48,448 bases of DNA from Candidatus Aenigmatarchaeota archaeon (GTDB taxonomy: Archaea > Aenigmatarchaeota > Aenigmatarchaeia > Aenigmatarchaeales > JAADFI01): positions 1-48,448 of the forward strand of contig WANL01000001.1 of NCBI GenBank assembly GCA_015521825.1. Reading direction: 5' to 3'. Both the position numbers and the translations under genes were made by a program. Shown here piece after piece: positions 9,003 to 17,490 of this stretch. Every line of letters begins with the position of its first letter. Position 1 is the first letter of the stretch. The notes beneath the pieces were generated by a model, which made no database searches, was not told the origin of the DNA, and was given only the letters and a program-made list of their open reading frames with translations.

Positions 9003-9677
9003 TTACTTCAGCACCCTTCCGGTTTCGAGGTACCAGAGGTAGAGGTCAAGTTCCCCGGGCGCCATCCCGAGTTTTTCGGCAATGAGGAACACGGACTCCT
9101 CCGCCTCGGCGTAATTCCCGCAGGGCAGACCAACCGATGCGAGAATTCTTAAAATGTGTCTGTCGATCACGGCCACACCGAGCCTTCCCGTGTTTCTCAG
9201 AAAGTGGCTCGCTTCCTTCATTCCGAGCCCCTTAACGTTCGAGACCAGCCAGGTTCTCGCCCGGCGCTCGGGAAGGCGGATGATCTCCGGGAGTTCGGAA
9301 ATGTGCTTTCTCGCCTCCACTATGTATCCGGCCCTGACCCTGTAGAACCTGTGACCGAGAGACTTCAGCCCGGCTTCCAGTTCTGTAAGCCCGGACTCCA
9401 GAAACCGGTCTCCGAGCTTTTTCTGGATCTCGATGCACCTGTCGGCGCGAAATCCGGCCGTGAGAATGCAGAAGCAGAGTTCGGAAAAAATCCTCCGGGG
9501 CCCGGAAGACCCGATTCTCGCGAATTCTTCCAGCCTGCGGTTTACGAGTTCGCCAACCGGGCCCCGGGAAAGCCGCCGGACCTCTTCAATCAGCTCCGAG
9601 AGACTCCAGGGCCTTTCTGAACATCTCTCTGTGCTTCTTCTCCCTTTCCATCGCGATTCTGAACGACTCGGCCGCAT
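9003..9677 (-). CDS. ogg: archaeal 8-oxoguanine DNA glycosylase / N-glycosylase-DNA lyase (Ogg2-type, HhH-GPD)
   Basis: Contains FSELCFCILTA, GLGMKEASHFLRNTG and AVIDRHI. The ATG at 9677 would overlap the rubrerythrin 3' end by 92 nt, so the real start may be internal. Confidence 0.8.
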   Translation of the reverse strand: MRPSRSESRWKGRRSTERCSERPWSLSELIEEVRRLSRGPVGELVNRRLEEFARIGSSGPRRIFSELCFCILTAGFRADRCIEIQKKLGDRFLESGLTELEAGLKSLGHRFYRVRAGYIVEARKHISELPEIIRLPERRARTWLVSNVKGLGMKEASHFLRNTGRLGVAVIDRHILRILASVGLPCGNYAEAEESVFLIAEKLGMAPGELDLYLWYLETGRVLK

Positions 9678-9972
9678 CCTTCATCCCTTCCTCCTCGGCC
9701 TGCCTTATAAACTCCGGATACATCTCCTCGATCTCGTAGTTCTCGCCCTCGGCGGCCTTTTTCAGGTTCTCCTCCGTGGTTCCGATTTCGCCGAGAACCT
9801 TTAAGTGGTTAACCGCGTGCGCGCTTTCCGCGCCGGCCGCCTCTAAGAACAGCTGGGCTATCTCCGGCTTACCCTCCTCCATGGCCTTAACGGCGAATGC
9901 AAGGTACTTCCTGCTGGCCTGACTCTCCCCTGCGAATGCTTTTTTCAGATTTTCTACCGTTTTCATACCCAT
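9586..9972 (-). CDS. rubrerythrin/ferritin-like diiron four-helix-bundle protein (no rubredoxin domain)
   Basis: Two E..H-containing helix pairs (ESAHAVNH, EREKKHREMF). Candidate ATGs at 9972 and 9966. A TATA-like atatataaata lies just upstream. Confidence 0.75.
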   Translation of the reverse strand: MGMKTVENLKKAFAGESQASRKYLAFAVKAMEEGKPEIAQLFLEAAGAESAHAVNHLKVLGEIGTTEENLKKAAEGENYEIEEMYPEFIRQAEEEGMKDAAESFRIAMEREKKHREMFRKALESLGAD

Positions 9973-10015
9973 CACCTCCGAAAAATATATAAATAAGTCA
10001 CGAATATATAAAATT

Positions 10016-10453
10016 ATGGTTCGAATTTCGGACCCAAGGTCGGACACGTCCGTAAGGCTTCTGGAAATGCTGGAGGCTAACGGAAGGGCTACCTTTTCAG
10101 AACTCGCGAGGAGGCTCGGGGTCTCGGAAGCCGCGGTGAGAAAGAGGGTGAAAAGGTTGGAAAGGGAAGGTGTGATAAAGGGTTACTCCGCCCGCGTGGA
10201 TCCGAAAAAACTCGGCTTCGAGATTCACGCGGTAATCGGAATGGATGTGAAACCTGACAAACTCATATCGGTCATCAGATCCCTGAAGGAAATGAAACCG
10301 AAGTCGCTCTATCTTTGCGGGGGCGACCACTCGGTTCTGTTCGAGGCGTGGTTCAGAAACTCCGGGGAGCTGGAAAGGTTCGTGGAAACCGTCGAGTCCC
10401 TGGAAGGGGTTTCGCGGGTGTGCCCCTCGGTACTCCTCGAAAAAATAGTTTAA
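10016..10453 (+). CDS. Lrp/AsnC family transcriptional regulator
   Basis: HTH region RLLEMLEANGRATFSELARRLGVSEAAVRKRVKRLEREGVIKGY followed by a RAM domain. The start is uncertain because a TATA-like box abuts the ATG at 10016. Confidence 0.85.
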   Translation: MVRISDPRSDTSVRLLEMLEANGRATFSELARRLGVSEAAVRKRVKRLEREGVIKGYSARVDPKKLGFEIHAVIGMDVKPDKLISVIRSLKEMKPKSLYLCGGDHSVLFEAWFRNSGELERFVETVESLEGVSRVCPSVLLEKIV

Positions 10454-11904
10454 CCTATCACCTTTCTCACGGCCGGGTGGATGTCCTCTAAGTGCTGCCT
10501 GGTGATCTGCTCGTAGAACTGGTGGACGATCATGACCGTGAGGAGAATTCCGGTTCCCGTCCCTATGGCTCCGGTCAGATCGGCGAACGCCGCCAGGAAC
10601 CCGACGAACGCCCCACCGAGAACCGCAAGCGGCGGAATGTACCTCTCCAGAATTCTCTCGATTATCCTGGGATCCCTCCGGAAACCTGGAAGCGAGAGAT
10701 AGGAGGACTTGAACTGCTCGGCCACGGTCTTGGCGTCCATCCCGGCCGTGTTAACCCAGAAGATCGAAAACATCACGGAACCGAGGATCATTACCGAAGA
10801 GTAGGCGAGGGCCCGGAGGACATCGGAAAGGAGGATTTCCGGAATCGCCCCTGTTGCCGGACCGACGACCGCCCCGACTGCGAATCCGAGGATCCCGCCG
10901 AGCATGGTCATCCTGAGGGTGTACTTTCCGAAAAGGCGGGAAAGTCCGGCGAACGCGAGGGCGAAGAGTCCGCTGACTATTATCGCGAATTTCAGACCCA
11001 GGGCCTCTTCCTGACCCGGTGCCCTCAGAAACTCGGCCACCGGTTTGAGAGCCGGGACAGCGGCACCCATTAGCTGGAGGTTTGCCAGCAGGGCCGCGGT
11101 GAGGATCACCGGAATGTTGCTCGTATAGATGAACCTCAGGGGCCATCTCCTGGCGGCGAATCTTCCGAAGGGCATGGTAATCGCCATCGGTATTTCTATC
11201 TTCATGTTCTGGGCGAAAACCACGATGACGAAAACCGTGAGAAGTGCGATAAGCGGAAGCAGGGACCTGAGGGCTTCGGCCGGTTCCCCGGCCGAAAGGT
11301 AGGTGATCAGGCCGAGGAGAACGCTTCCGCTACCCTCGACCGGAGAAAACAGCCTGACGAATATCGTCTTGGACACACCAGCCGCGATGAACAGGGAAAC
11401 CCCGGAGCCGAAGCCCCACTTCGAACACACCTCGTCCATCAAAATGATTATTATCCCGCCCATGGCCAGCTGAAGGATGACGAACGGAACAAGCGATGGA
11501 GAGGAAACCGGAACCGCGCCTGCCATCACGTAGGCCGCTGCCTCGAAAAAGCTGAAAAACACGGCCAGGAGCTTCTGGGTTGATGTAAACTTGGCCCTAC
11601 CTTCCGGTGTTTTCGTATCCCAGTCCAGAACCTTGCTTCCGACCAACAGCTGAAGGATTATGGAAGCCGTGACTATGGGTCCTATTCCCAGGGTTATCAG
11701 GGAACCGAACTTCGACCCGAAAATGATTTCCAGAAATTCGAACCTCTCGAACGCGGTTTCCTCGACCCCGTAAACGGTTACCGAGCCGAGAACGAAGTAA
11801 AGGAGAAGGATTAAGGCCGTCCATTTCAGCTTCTGCCCGAAGCTCAACCTGAAGTCCGGCTTTTCAACGCTGGGAAGCCTGGAGGAAAGCGAAACCAGAT
11901 CCAT
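10450..11904 (-). CDS. secY: preprotein translocase subunit SecY
   Basis: Ten-TM protein. The N-terminus MDLVSLSSRLPSVEKPDFRLSFGQKLKWTALILLLYFVL is typical of archaeal SecY. Start re-picked to the ATG at 11904. Confidence 0.9.
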   Translation of the reverse strand: MDLVSLSSRLPSVEKPDFRLSFGQKLKWTALILLLYFVLGSVTVYGVEETAFERFEFLEIIFGSKFGSLITLGIGPIVTASIILQLLVGSKVLDWDTKTPEGRAKFTSTQKLLAVFFSFFEAAAYVMAGAVPVSSPSLVPFVILQLAMGGIIIILMDEVCSKWGFGSGVSLFIAAGVSKTIFVRLFSPVEGSGSVLLGLITYLSAGEPAEALRSLLPLIALLTVFVIVVFAQNMKIEIPMAITMPFGRFAARRWPLRFIYTSNIPVILTAALLANLQLMGAAVPALKPVAEFLRAPGQEEALGLKFAIIVSGLFALAFAGLSRLFGKYTLRMTMLGGILGFAVGAVVGPATGAIPEILLSDVLRALAYSSVMILGSVMFSIFWVNTAGMDAKTVAEQFKSSYLSLPGFRRDPRIIERILERYIPPLAVLGGAFVGFLAAFADLTGAIGTGTGILLTVMIVHQFYEQITRQHLEDIHPAVRKVIG

Positions 11905-11905
11905 C

Positions 11906-12073
11906 TTACCCCTCCGAGATTTCTCTGTAAAGGAAGTAAACCAACCCGGCCAGGAGCAGAGCGGCCCCCGCGGCTCCGAGAACGACCGAGCCGTCGACGA
12001 AGCTTCCGAGACCGATCGCCGCCGAAAGGAGAGCCGCACCCGAACCGAAAATGTAAAGATACACCCTTTTCAT
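11906..12073 (-). CDS. small two-TM membrane protein (55 aa), function unknown
   Basis: Sequence is MKRVYLYIFGSGAALLSAAIGLG..LLLAGLVYFLY. ATGA overlap with the bud32 stop, and it ends 1 nt before the secY start. Confidence 0.4.
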   Translation of the reverse strand: MKRVYLYIFGSGAALLSAAIGLGSFVDGSVVLGAAGAALLLAGLVYFLYREISEG

Positions 12074-12648
12074 CTGACGTACCTCGCCCTCTTCCGGATT
12101 TCCTCGAGTTTCCGGAGGACTTCCCCCGATCCCCCGGCTTCCAGGTATCCGGATATTATATTTTTCCACATTTCATTTAAATACTTGAAGTGAGCGGACT
12201 TCACGGACTCGAAGAGGACGGAGAGATCTGTTGCCGCGTCCTCACACCTGGAAGAAAAGAACCCCAGCCCGAAATCGATGAAGTAAACCCTCCCGTCCTT
12301 CAGGATCATGTTCGAGGTAGTGAGGTCGCCGTGAATTATTCCGCCGGTGTGGAGCTTCGCAACGGACCTGCCGACTTCCCTCGCGAGCTCCGGGTCGAAG
12401 CGCCCGGAAAAAACCTCCTTCAGGGTGGGTCCGTCCACGAACTCCATTTCTATGGAAAAACCGGTTACCGAAAAGACCCTGGGAGTCAGAACGCCGCATC
12501 TACGCGCTTCGGAAAGCAACCTCGCCTCGGTTCTGGTCCTCGTTTTCCTTATATCCTCGTCGAGCTCCGGTATCCTGTAACCTTTTTTTATCCTTTCCTT
12601 AACCACACGGTCGTCGGCGAACCTTACGATCGCCTCGGCCCCTCTCAT
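12070..12648 (-). CDS. bud32: KEOPS complex kinase Bud32 (PRPK)
   Basis: Small atypical kinase with IHGDLTTSNMIL and FIDFGLG. 192 aa. Confidence 0.85.
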   Translation of the reverse strand: MRGAEAIVRFADDRVVKERIKKGYRIPELDEDIRKTRTRTEARLLSEARRCGVLTPRVFSVTGFSIEMEFVDGPTLKEVFSGRFDPELAREVGRSVAKLHTGGIIHGDLTTSNMILKDGRVYFIDFGLGFFSSRCEDAATDLSVLFESVKSAHFKYLNEMWKNIISGYLEAGGSGEVLRKLEEIRKRARYVR

Positions 12649-12681
12649 AAACTTAAAGTGAAGCCCCTACAATTTAAGTTT
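12649..12681. promoter_or_regulatory. palindromic pair of TATA-like boxes for divergent, probably leaderless bud32 and PIN genes
   Basis: aaacttaaag (12649-12658) and atttaagttt (12672-12681) form an inverted repeat. Each box lies about 24-34 nt upstream of the start codon on the opposite side. Confidence 0.4.
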
Positions 12682-12682
12682 T

Positions 12683-13030
12683 ATGAAGGTGGTCCTGGAC
12701 TCGAACGTAATTATTTACGCGGTGAGGTTCGGCGTGGACCTCGGTGCCCTGAAACCGGCCTTCGTTCCGGAGTCCGTCCGCCGGGAACTCGAGACACTGT
12801 CGAGGAAGGGGGGTAGGATCGGAACCGCGGCGAGGGTGGCGCTCCGGATATGCGAAAGGTTCCCGGAGCTTCCGTCTCCGACCGGGAAGGCCGACGATGA
12901 CCTCGTTCACTACGCGCTCGAGGGTTACGCCGTTGCCACCCAGGACTCGGAACTGAGGAAAAGAATAGAAAGGCTTGGCGGAAAAGTTATTTATTTGAGG
13001 CAGAACAAATACTTCGAAGGGATAGAATGA
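12683..13030 (+). CDS. PIN-domain protein, Fcf1/Utp24-like
   Basis: Contains VVLDSNVIIYA .. DDDLVHYA .. VATQDSELRKRI, the acidic PIN residues. 115 aa. Confidence 0.7.
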   Translation: MKVVLDSNVIIYAVRFGVDLGALKPAFVPESVRRELETLSRKGGRIGTAARVALRICERFPELPSPTGKADDDLVHYALEGYAVATQDSELRKRIERLGGKVIYLRQNKYFEGIE

Positions 13031-13482
13031 TCGTGGAGGTCGTGATCGAGGTCCCTCTCGGAAGAACGCTGAGGTACTCATGTCCGGACAGGGCCAGGGT
13101 GGTCGCAAGACTTTCGGAACCGGCTCCCGGGAACTACGGAATCATTCCCCGGGCCCATTCGGTAAAGGGTCTCGGCTGCCTGGTCCTCGGATCCGAACCG
13201 GCGTCCCCGTGCTCCGTCCTGCCGGCGAGGGTTATAGGCGCGCTGAAAGTCGAGGCGAACGGCGTTCTGGACGACGAGATAATAGCCGTGGAGCCTTGGT
13301 CCGGGATAAAGGACCTGGCCGAGATCCCGGAGGAAACCATGGAAAGAATAACCAGGTTCATCGAGGCGGTTAAGACCCAGGAGTTCGGAGGAACAGTAAA
13401 GTTTAAATCTACGAAAGATAAAGAAAAAGCAGCGGAACTCGTTAAAAAATGCGCGGAACTCTACAGGATTTTCGGTGAGTGA
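13027..13482 (+). CDS. inorganic-pyrophosphatase-like protein with degenerate active site
   Basis: Family I PPase-like VVIEVPLGRTLRY, NYGIIP and DDEIIAVEP are present. The DxDPxD metal-binding stretch is replaced by VKGLGCLVL. Confidence 0.5.
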   Translation: MIVEVVIEVPLGRTLRYSCPDRARVVARLSEPAPGNYGIIPRAHSVKGLGCLVLGSEPASPCSVLPARVIGALKVEANGVLDDEIIAVEPWSGIKDLAEIPEETMERITRFIEAVKTQEFGGTVKFKSTKDKEKAAELVKKCAELYRIFGE

Positions 13483-13483
13483 G

Positions 13484-14020
13484 ATGTACGCGATTGCTAA
13501 ACTTCAGGGAGAGGTAAAGGTACCTCCTTCCAAGTTCGGGCTACCGGTCGAGGAGGCCGTGGCCGAAAGCGTGTCCGAGAAGCTGGAAGGCGTGATAGAC
13601 GAGGAGGTCGGCATAATTCTGGCCGTGACTTCTGTGGAGATCTCTGGCGAGGGGAAGATCCTTCCGGGGGATCCCTCGGTCCACTACCCGGCGGTGTTCA
13701 CCGTGCTCACCTGGATTCCCAAGGAGCAGGAGGTCGTTGAGGGCGAGGTCGTTGACATAACCGAATTCGGGGCTTTCGTCAGAATAGGTCCTGTGGACGG
13801 GCTGGTCCACATATCCCAGGTCATGGACGATTTCGTGAGCTACGACGAGAAGAACTCCCAGCTTTCCGGGAAGAACACTAAGCGGGTCCTGAAGGAAGGG
13901 GACGCGGTCCGCGCGAGAATAATCTCGATATCCCTGAAGGAGCAGAACAAAGTGGGTCTGACCATGAGGCAGCCGAATTTGGGGGCCCTGAAGTGGTTGG
14001 AGGGTGAAAGGAATGCCTGA
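13484..14020 (+). CDS. rpo7: DNA-directed RNA polymerase subunit E' (Rpo7)
   Basis: MYAIAKLQGEVKVPPSKFG.. followed by the S1 domain VEGEVVDITEFGAFVRIGPVDGLVHISQ. Confidence 0.9.
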   Translation: MYAIAKLQGEVKVPPSKFGLPVEEAVAESVSEKLEGVIDEEVGIILAVTSVEISGEGKILPGDPSVHYPAVFTVLTWIPKEQEVVEGEVVDITEFGAFVRIGPVDGLVHISQVMDDFVSYDEKNSQLSGKNTKRVLKEGDAVRARIISISLKEQNKVGLTMRQPNLGALKWLEGERNA

Positions 14021-14195
14021 GCAGGCGTGTAAAAACTGTAGAAGGTTAACCCAGGGTCAGGTCTGTCCGGTGTGCAAGTCTCCGGAACTGACCAGGTCCT
14101 GGAAGGGTATAGTCATCGTGTTCGATCCATCGTCCGAAATAGCAAAAGAAGCCGGTGTCACGGCTCCCGGAAGGTACGCCATAAGAGTCAAGTAA
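14013..14195 (+). CDS. spt4: transcription elongation factor Spt4 (RpoE'')
   Basis: Zinc ribbon CKNCRRL..CPVC followed by WKGIVIVFDP. The ATG lies 5 nt after GGAGGGTGA and overlaps the rpo7 end. Confidence 0.85.
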   Translation: MPEQACKNCRRLTQGQVCPVCKSPELTRSWKGIVIVFDPSSEIAKEAGVTAPGRYAIRVK

Positions 14196-14196
14196 G

Positions 14197-14475
14197 GTGG
14201 TGGCCGTGAAGATAAAGGTCGTGAAGGAGAAAAACAACCCTGTAATGAAAAGGAAGGACCTGGTTCTCGAGGTGGATTACGGCGGGGGACCCACACCGCC
14301 GAAGGAAGAGGTGAGGAAGGCTGTTTCCACCGAGCTCTCGGTGGAACCCGAGCGGGTGGAGGTCGAGAAGATCCTCTCGCACTCCGGAAAGGCCTCGGGA
14401 AGGGCCTGGGTGAAGATCTGGGACGAAAAGAAGGTTCCGGTAGAAAAGGATGAAAAAACTTCTGGTGAGGAGTGA
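14197..14475 (+). CDS. rps24e: 30S ribosomal protein S24e
   Basis: Contains KIKVVKEKNNPVMKRKDLVLEVDYGGGPTPPKEEVRKAV. GTG start. Confidence 0.85.
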   Translation: MVAVKIKVVKEKNNPVMKRKDLVLEVDYGGGPTPPKEEVRKAVSTELSVEPERVEVEKILSHSGKASGRAWVKIWDEKKVPVEKDEKTSGEE

Positions 14476-15424
14476 GGAAGGTTCCCTGTCACCCTGGGGA
14501 ATTTACCCCGGGGCAAGACCCACCGAAGAGCTCGTCAAAAAGGGAATCGTGATTGTAGACAAACCCCAGGGCCCAACCTCCCACCAGGTGACCTCCTGGG
14601 TGAGGGAGATTCTCGGTCTCAAAAAGGCCGGTCACGCAGGAACCCTGGACCCGAGGGTCAGCGGAGTGCTGCCAGTGGCCCTGGGCGAAGCAACCAAAGC
14701 GATGCCGGCCCTCGCCTCGACGACCAAGGAGTACGTGGCCGTGATGCACATTCACAGGAAGGTGGAAAGGGAAAAAATCCTGGAAGCCTGCTCGTCTTTC
14801 CTCGGAACGATAGTGCAGGTTCCGCCGAGAAAATCAGCGGTGGCAAGGCGGCCGAGAAAAAGGAGGATACACGAACTGACAGTCCTGGAAGTGGAGGGGA
14901 GGGACGTGCTGATGAGGGTGGTCTGCGACGCCGGAGTGTACATAAGAAAGCTGTGCTCGGACATAGGGGAAAAAATGGGCGTGAAAGCGCACATGCAGGA
15001 ACTAAGGAGGACGCGGGCCGGAATATTTACCGAAAAGCAGAGCGTGACCCTTCAGGATCTTAAAGACGCCGTGGAATTCTGGAAGGAAGGGAATGAAAAG
15101 CCGATACGGACGGTAATACATCCCGTGGAGTTGGCGGTTGACAATATTAAGGCCGTAGTGATAAAGGACTCGGCCGTGGATGCCGTATGCAACGGGGCGC
15201 CGCTGGCAGTTACCGGGGTGGTGCTCGTCGAGGACGGGATATCGCCCGGAGACCTTGTGGGAATTCTGACGCTGAAGGGCGAACTCGTGGCCCTCGCGTC
15301 GGCGAAAATGAGTTCCGGGCAAATCCTGAAGGCGAGGAAAGGGATAGCCGCGGCGACCGATAGAGTTTTTATGCGCAGAGGCACATATCCTGATTGGAGG
15401 GCTCGTGGTGTAGCTAGCGGGTAG
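14450..15424 (+). CDS. cbf5: tRNA/rRNA pseudouridine synthase Cbf5 (H/ACA RNP catalytic subunit)
   Basis: TruB motif DKPQGPTSHQV..GHAGTLDP plus a C-terminal PUA domain. The last 26 nt of the ORF overlap the tRNA-Pro 5' end. Confidence 0.9.
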   Translation: MKKLLVRSEEGSLSPWGIYPGARPTEELVKKGIVIVDKPQGPTSHQVTSWVREILGLKKAGHAGTLDPRVSGVLPVALGEATKAMPALASTTKEYVAVMHIHRKVEREKILEACSSFLGTIVQVPPRKSAVARRPRKRRIHELTVLEVEGRDVLMRVVCDAGVYIRKLCSDIGEKMGVKAHMQELRRTRAGIFTEKQSVTLQDLKDAVEFWKEGNEKPIRTVIHPVELAVDNIKAVVIKDSAVDAVCNGAPLAVTGVVLVEDGISPGDLVGILTLKGELVALASAKMSSGQILKARKGIAAATDRVFMRRGTYPDWRARGVASG

Positions 15425-15497
15425 ACCCCGCCTGCAGTGGTCAGCATGAGAGCTTCGGGAGCTCTTGACCGCGGTTCAAATCCGCGCGAGCCCACCA
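15399..15497 (+). tRNA. tRNA-Pro (anticodon CGG) with about 23-nt insertion in the D-loop and encoded CCA
   Basis: Hand fold: GGGCTCG TG GTGT AGC[TAGCGGGTAGACCCCGCCTGCAG]TGGTCA GCAT G AGAGC TTCGGGA GCTCT TGAC CGCGG TTCAAAT CCGCG CGAGCCC A CCA. Acceptor, anticodon and T stems are perfect. The D stem uses two G-U pairs. Confidence 0.7.
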
Positions 15498-15721
15498 TAA
15501 ATGGTCTGTGAAAATTCTCGGACCGTCCTCCCGATTCAGCTTCTACCGCGGATGTCGGAGAGAAGCGAAAAATTTAAGTATAATATAGTAACTACTTAAT
15601 AATAGTAAAATTAATCCGGTGGCTAAAATGAAAGAGACCAAGAACACGGACTCGGGATTTGAGCTGCTTACACCCACATCGAGAACGGTCATTTACGTAC
15701 ATATAGTGCCCAACTTGGAGG

Positions 15722-16194
15722 TAAAAAATATTCGGTAATCGTAGGGGGTGGTGGGAATAAAGGGCTTTGTCCAATGGAAGGCTAAAAACTCGGTAATCGA
15801 AGGAAAGAAAGTTATAGGAAGAACTGCTCAATGGAAGGCTGAAAATTCCACCATTAAAGCTAAAGTGGTGAGAATAGATGTCTCTGTCCAACCTAGGGCT
15901 AAAAACTCGGTAATCGAAGGGGAGGAAGTTATAGGAATAGATGCTCAAACCTGTGCTGAAGATTCCATCATTAAAGCTAAAGTGGTGAGAATAGGGGGGT
16001 TTGCTCAATGGTGTGCTGAAGATTCCATCATTGAAGCTGAAGTGGTGAGAATAGGGGACTCTGCTCAACGGTATGCTAAAAATTCCACCATTAAAGCTGA
16101 AGTGGTGAGAATAGGGGATGATGTACAATATGGTGCAGAAAATTGTTACATTCTTGTTGGGAAAGAGTTAATATGTAGAAGCATCGGTGACGGA
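15722..16194 (+). repeat. in-frame tandem repeat, 57/60-bp unit, about 7-8 copies of two alternating subtypes
   Basis: Units start at 15781, 15838, 15898, 15955, 16015, 16075 and 16135 (gctRaaaaYtc...). A degenerate copy lies at 15722-15780. The repeats encode 19/20-aa units AKNSVIEGxxVIGxxAQxx / AEDSIIKAKVVRIGxxAQxx. Confidence 0.85.
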
Positions 16195-17490
16195 AATGGT
16201 GGAGCAATTGTCGCAAAGACTATAACAACCGATGAGCCTCTGCGGAATCCTCAGCAGACTATTATAACGACTTCCGATCTACCGGGGGCGACGAAATGCA
16301 AAGAAGAAGACTTTAAAAAAATCCTGGAATTTTTTCAAACAGAGGAGCCGGAAGCCCTGAAACTGTTCAGAATAGAAAACGAAAAGATAGACTATGAAAG
16401 CTTTCTAAAAGAAATAGAAGACCTCGAAAAGCGCTTCAAAGAAGTAAATGAAGTGTACGAAAAACTGTTGGGATCAAGTACTGGCATTCACGAGTTGAAA
16501 ACAAACGAAGAAAAATATAAGTTTCTGTCTTCGATAAAAGATGAGGAAGAAATGATACGCTACCATCTGGATTTTCTCGAAAAGGAAGGATTGACCGATG
16601 ACTACCTGCTGTTCGAGAAAAGATACGTTATATCGCCGGAAGGTGTCATCGAAACCGGGGAAGAGGAAAACAGGGTAAACGAAGTTATTTACCGCCAAGG
16701 TATGGACATTATAAGGAAAATAAAACGCGGTGAAATACCGCTGAATCCGAGAACCCCGGAAATAGAAAGATTGAATGAGGAGCTGAAGAAAGTCAAGGAA
16801 AGGTTGAAAAGAACGAAAGGTAGGGAAGGTGGGGATGAGCTAAAGAAAATAAGAAGCAGAATAGAGGAACTGAAGAGGTCGGAAACCGAAAGAGTAAGAT
16901 CTTCGCTGAAAGATGAATGCACTCTGGATGAATTGAAAGAAGAACTCAACCAACTTTCCCAGCACTATTTGTCCGGTAAACCAAAGGAAATAGCGCGTTA
17001 CATATCGGACAGTATAAAAATAGAGGAAAAAGACGTATCTAACGTCATGAAAGTAAGCGTGTGGAACAAAACCGTAAAAGACATTCCAACCTATAGAGAA
17101 TACAGGTGCTGCGCGTTCCCCGGGTACTCTAACTCTACTACTTCAATTATAGAGTACATGAAAGAGCCGAGAGTGCAGCTCTTAAAAGTGGATATCGGTG
17201 ATAAAAACGCTATGGTAATAACCTTTGCCGACGGAAAAACTTTAATCGTCGACTCCGTAGAATCGAGGTACCACATTTTCGCGAGGAAGAACGTTTCTGA
17301 GGCGCTGATCAAAGCCATCAAGGATTACGCCAAAAGTTCCGGATTCGAAAGGGTAATAGTCTCAACCTCGGGCGGGAATTCCGCGCACAGAGAATTCCTC
17401 GAACACGTAAATGGGAAACAGGTTAAATATAAAGCATCACTACCGGAGTACTGTTATCTTGAATTCGGTGGAAGGGGAATAGAAATATGA
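15748..17490 (+). CDS. hypothetical 580-aa protein: N-terminal 20-aa beta-helix-like repeats, Lys/Glu-rich coiled-coil middle, unknown C-terminal globular domain
   Basis: Long ORF in an AT-rich patch with AAA/GAA/ATA-rich codon usage unlike its neighbours. GTG start directly after two in-frame stops. No family recognised by eye. Confidence 0.6.
   Translation: MVGIKGFVQWKAKNSVIEGKKVIGRTAQWKAENSTIKAKVVRIDVSVQPRAKNSVIEGEEVIGIDAQTCAEDSIIKAKVVRIGGFAQWCAEDSIIEAEVVRIGDSAQRYAKNSTIKAEVVRIGDDVQYGAENCYILVGKELICRSIGDGNGGAIVAKTITTDEPLRNPQQTIITTSDLPGATKCKEEDFKKILEFFQTEEPEALKLFRIENEKIDYESFLKEIEDLEKRFKEVNEVYEKLLGSSTGIHELKTNEEKYKFLSSIKDEEEMIRYHLDFLEKEGLTDDYLLFEKRYVISPEGVIETGEEENRVNEVIYRQGMDIIRKIKRGEIPLNPRTPEIERLNEELKKVKERLKRTKGREGGDELKKIRSRIEELKRSETERVRSSLKDECTLDELKEELNQLSQHYLSGKPKEIARYISDSIKIEEKDVSNVMKVSVWNKTVKDIPTYREYRCCAFPGYSNSTTSIIEYMKEPRVQLLKVDIGDKNAMVITFADGKTLIVDSVESRYHIFARKNVSEALIKAIKDYAKSSGFERVIVSTSGGNSAHREFLEHVNGKQVKYKASLPEYCYLEFGGRGIEI

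Noticed and set aside
9586-9677. 92-nt overlap between ogg and the rubrerythrin-like gene as a possible functional overlap
   Set aside because: It is most likely a start-codon problem. Homologs of Ogg begin near ..SELIEEV.., downstream of the overlap. I could not find a standard start codon there, so the coordinate is left at the ATG but not treated as biology.
15052-15498. 148-aa minus-strand ORF beginning MVGSRGFEPRS
   Set aside because: The GFEPRS-type start is the usual antisense translation of a tRNA T-arm. The rest is antisense to cbf5.
15592-16128. 178-aa minus-strand ORF with YSHHFSFN(G/D)GIFS repeats
   Set aside because: It is the antisense shadow of the in-frame 57/60-bp repeats of the plus-strand 580-aa gene. 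It stays open only because of repeat periodicity. The plus-strand ORF is far longer and continues into non-repetitive sequence.
15722-16194. Regular 57/60-bp repeats considered as a CRISPR array
   Set aside because: The units abut each other with no unique spacers. They fall into two alternating diverged subtypes and keep a reading frame. No cas genes lie nearby. This is a coding tandem repeat, not CRISPR.
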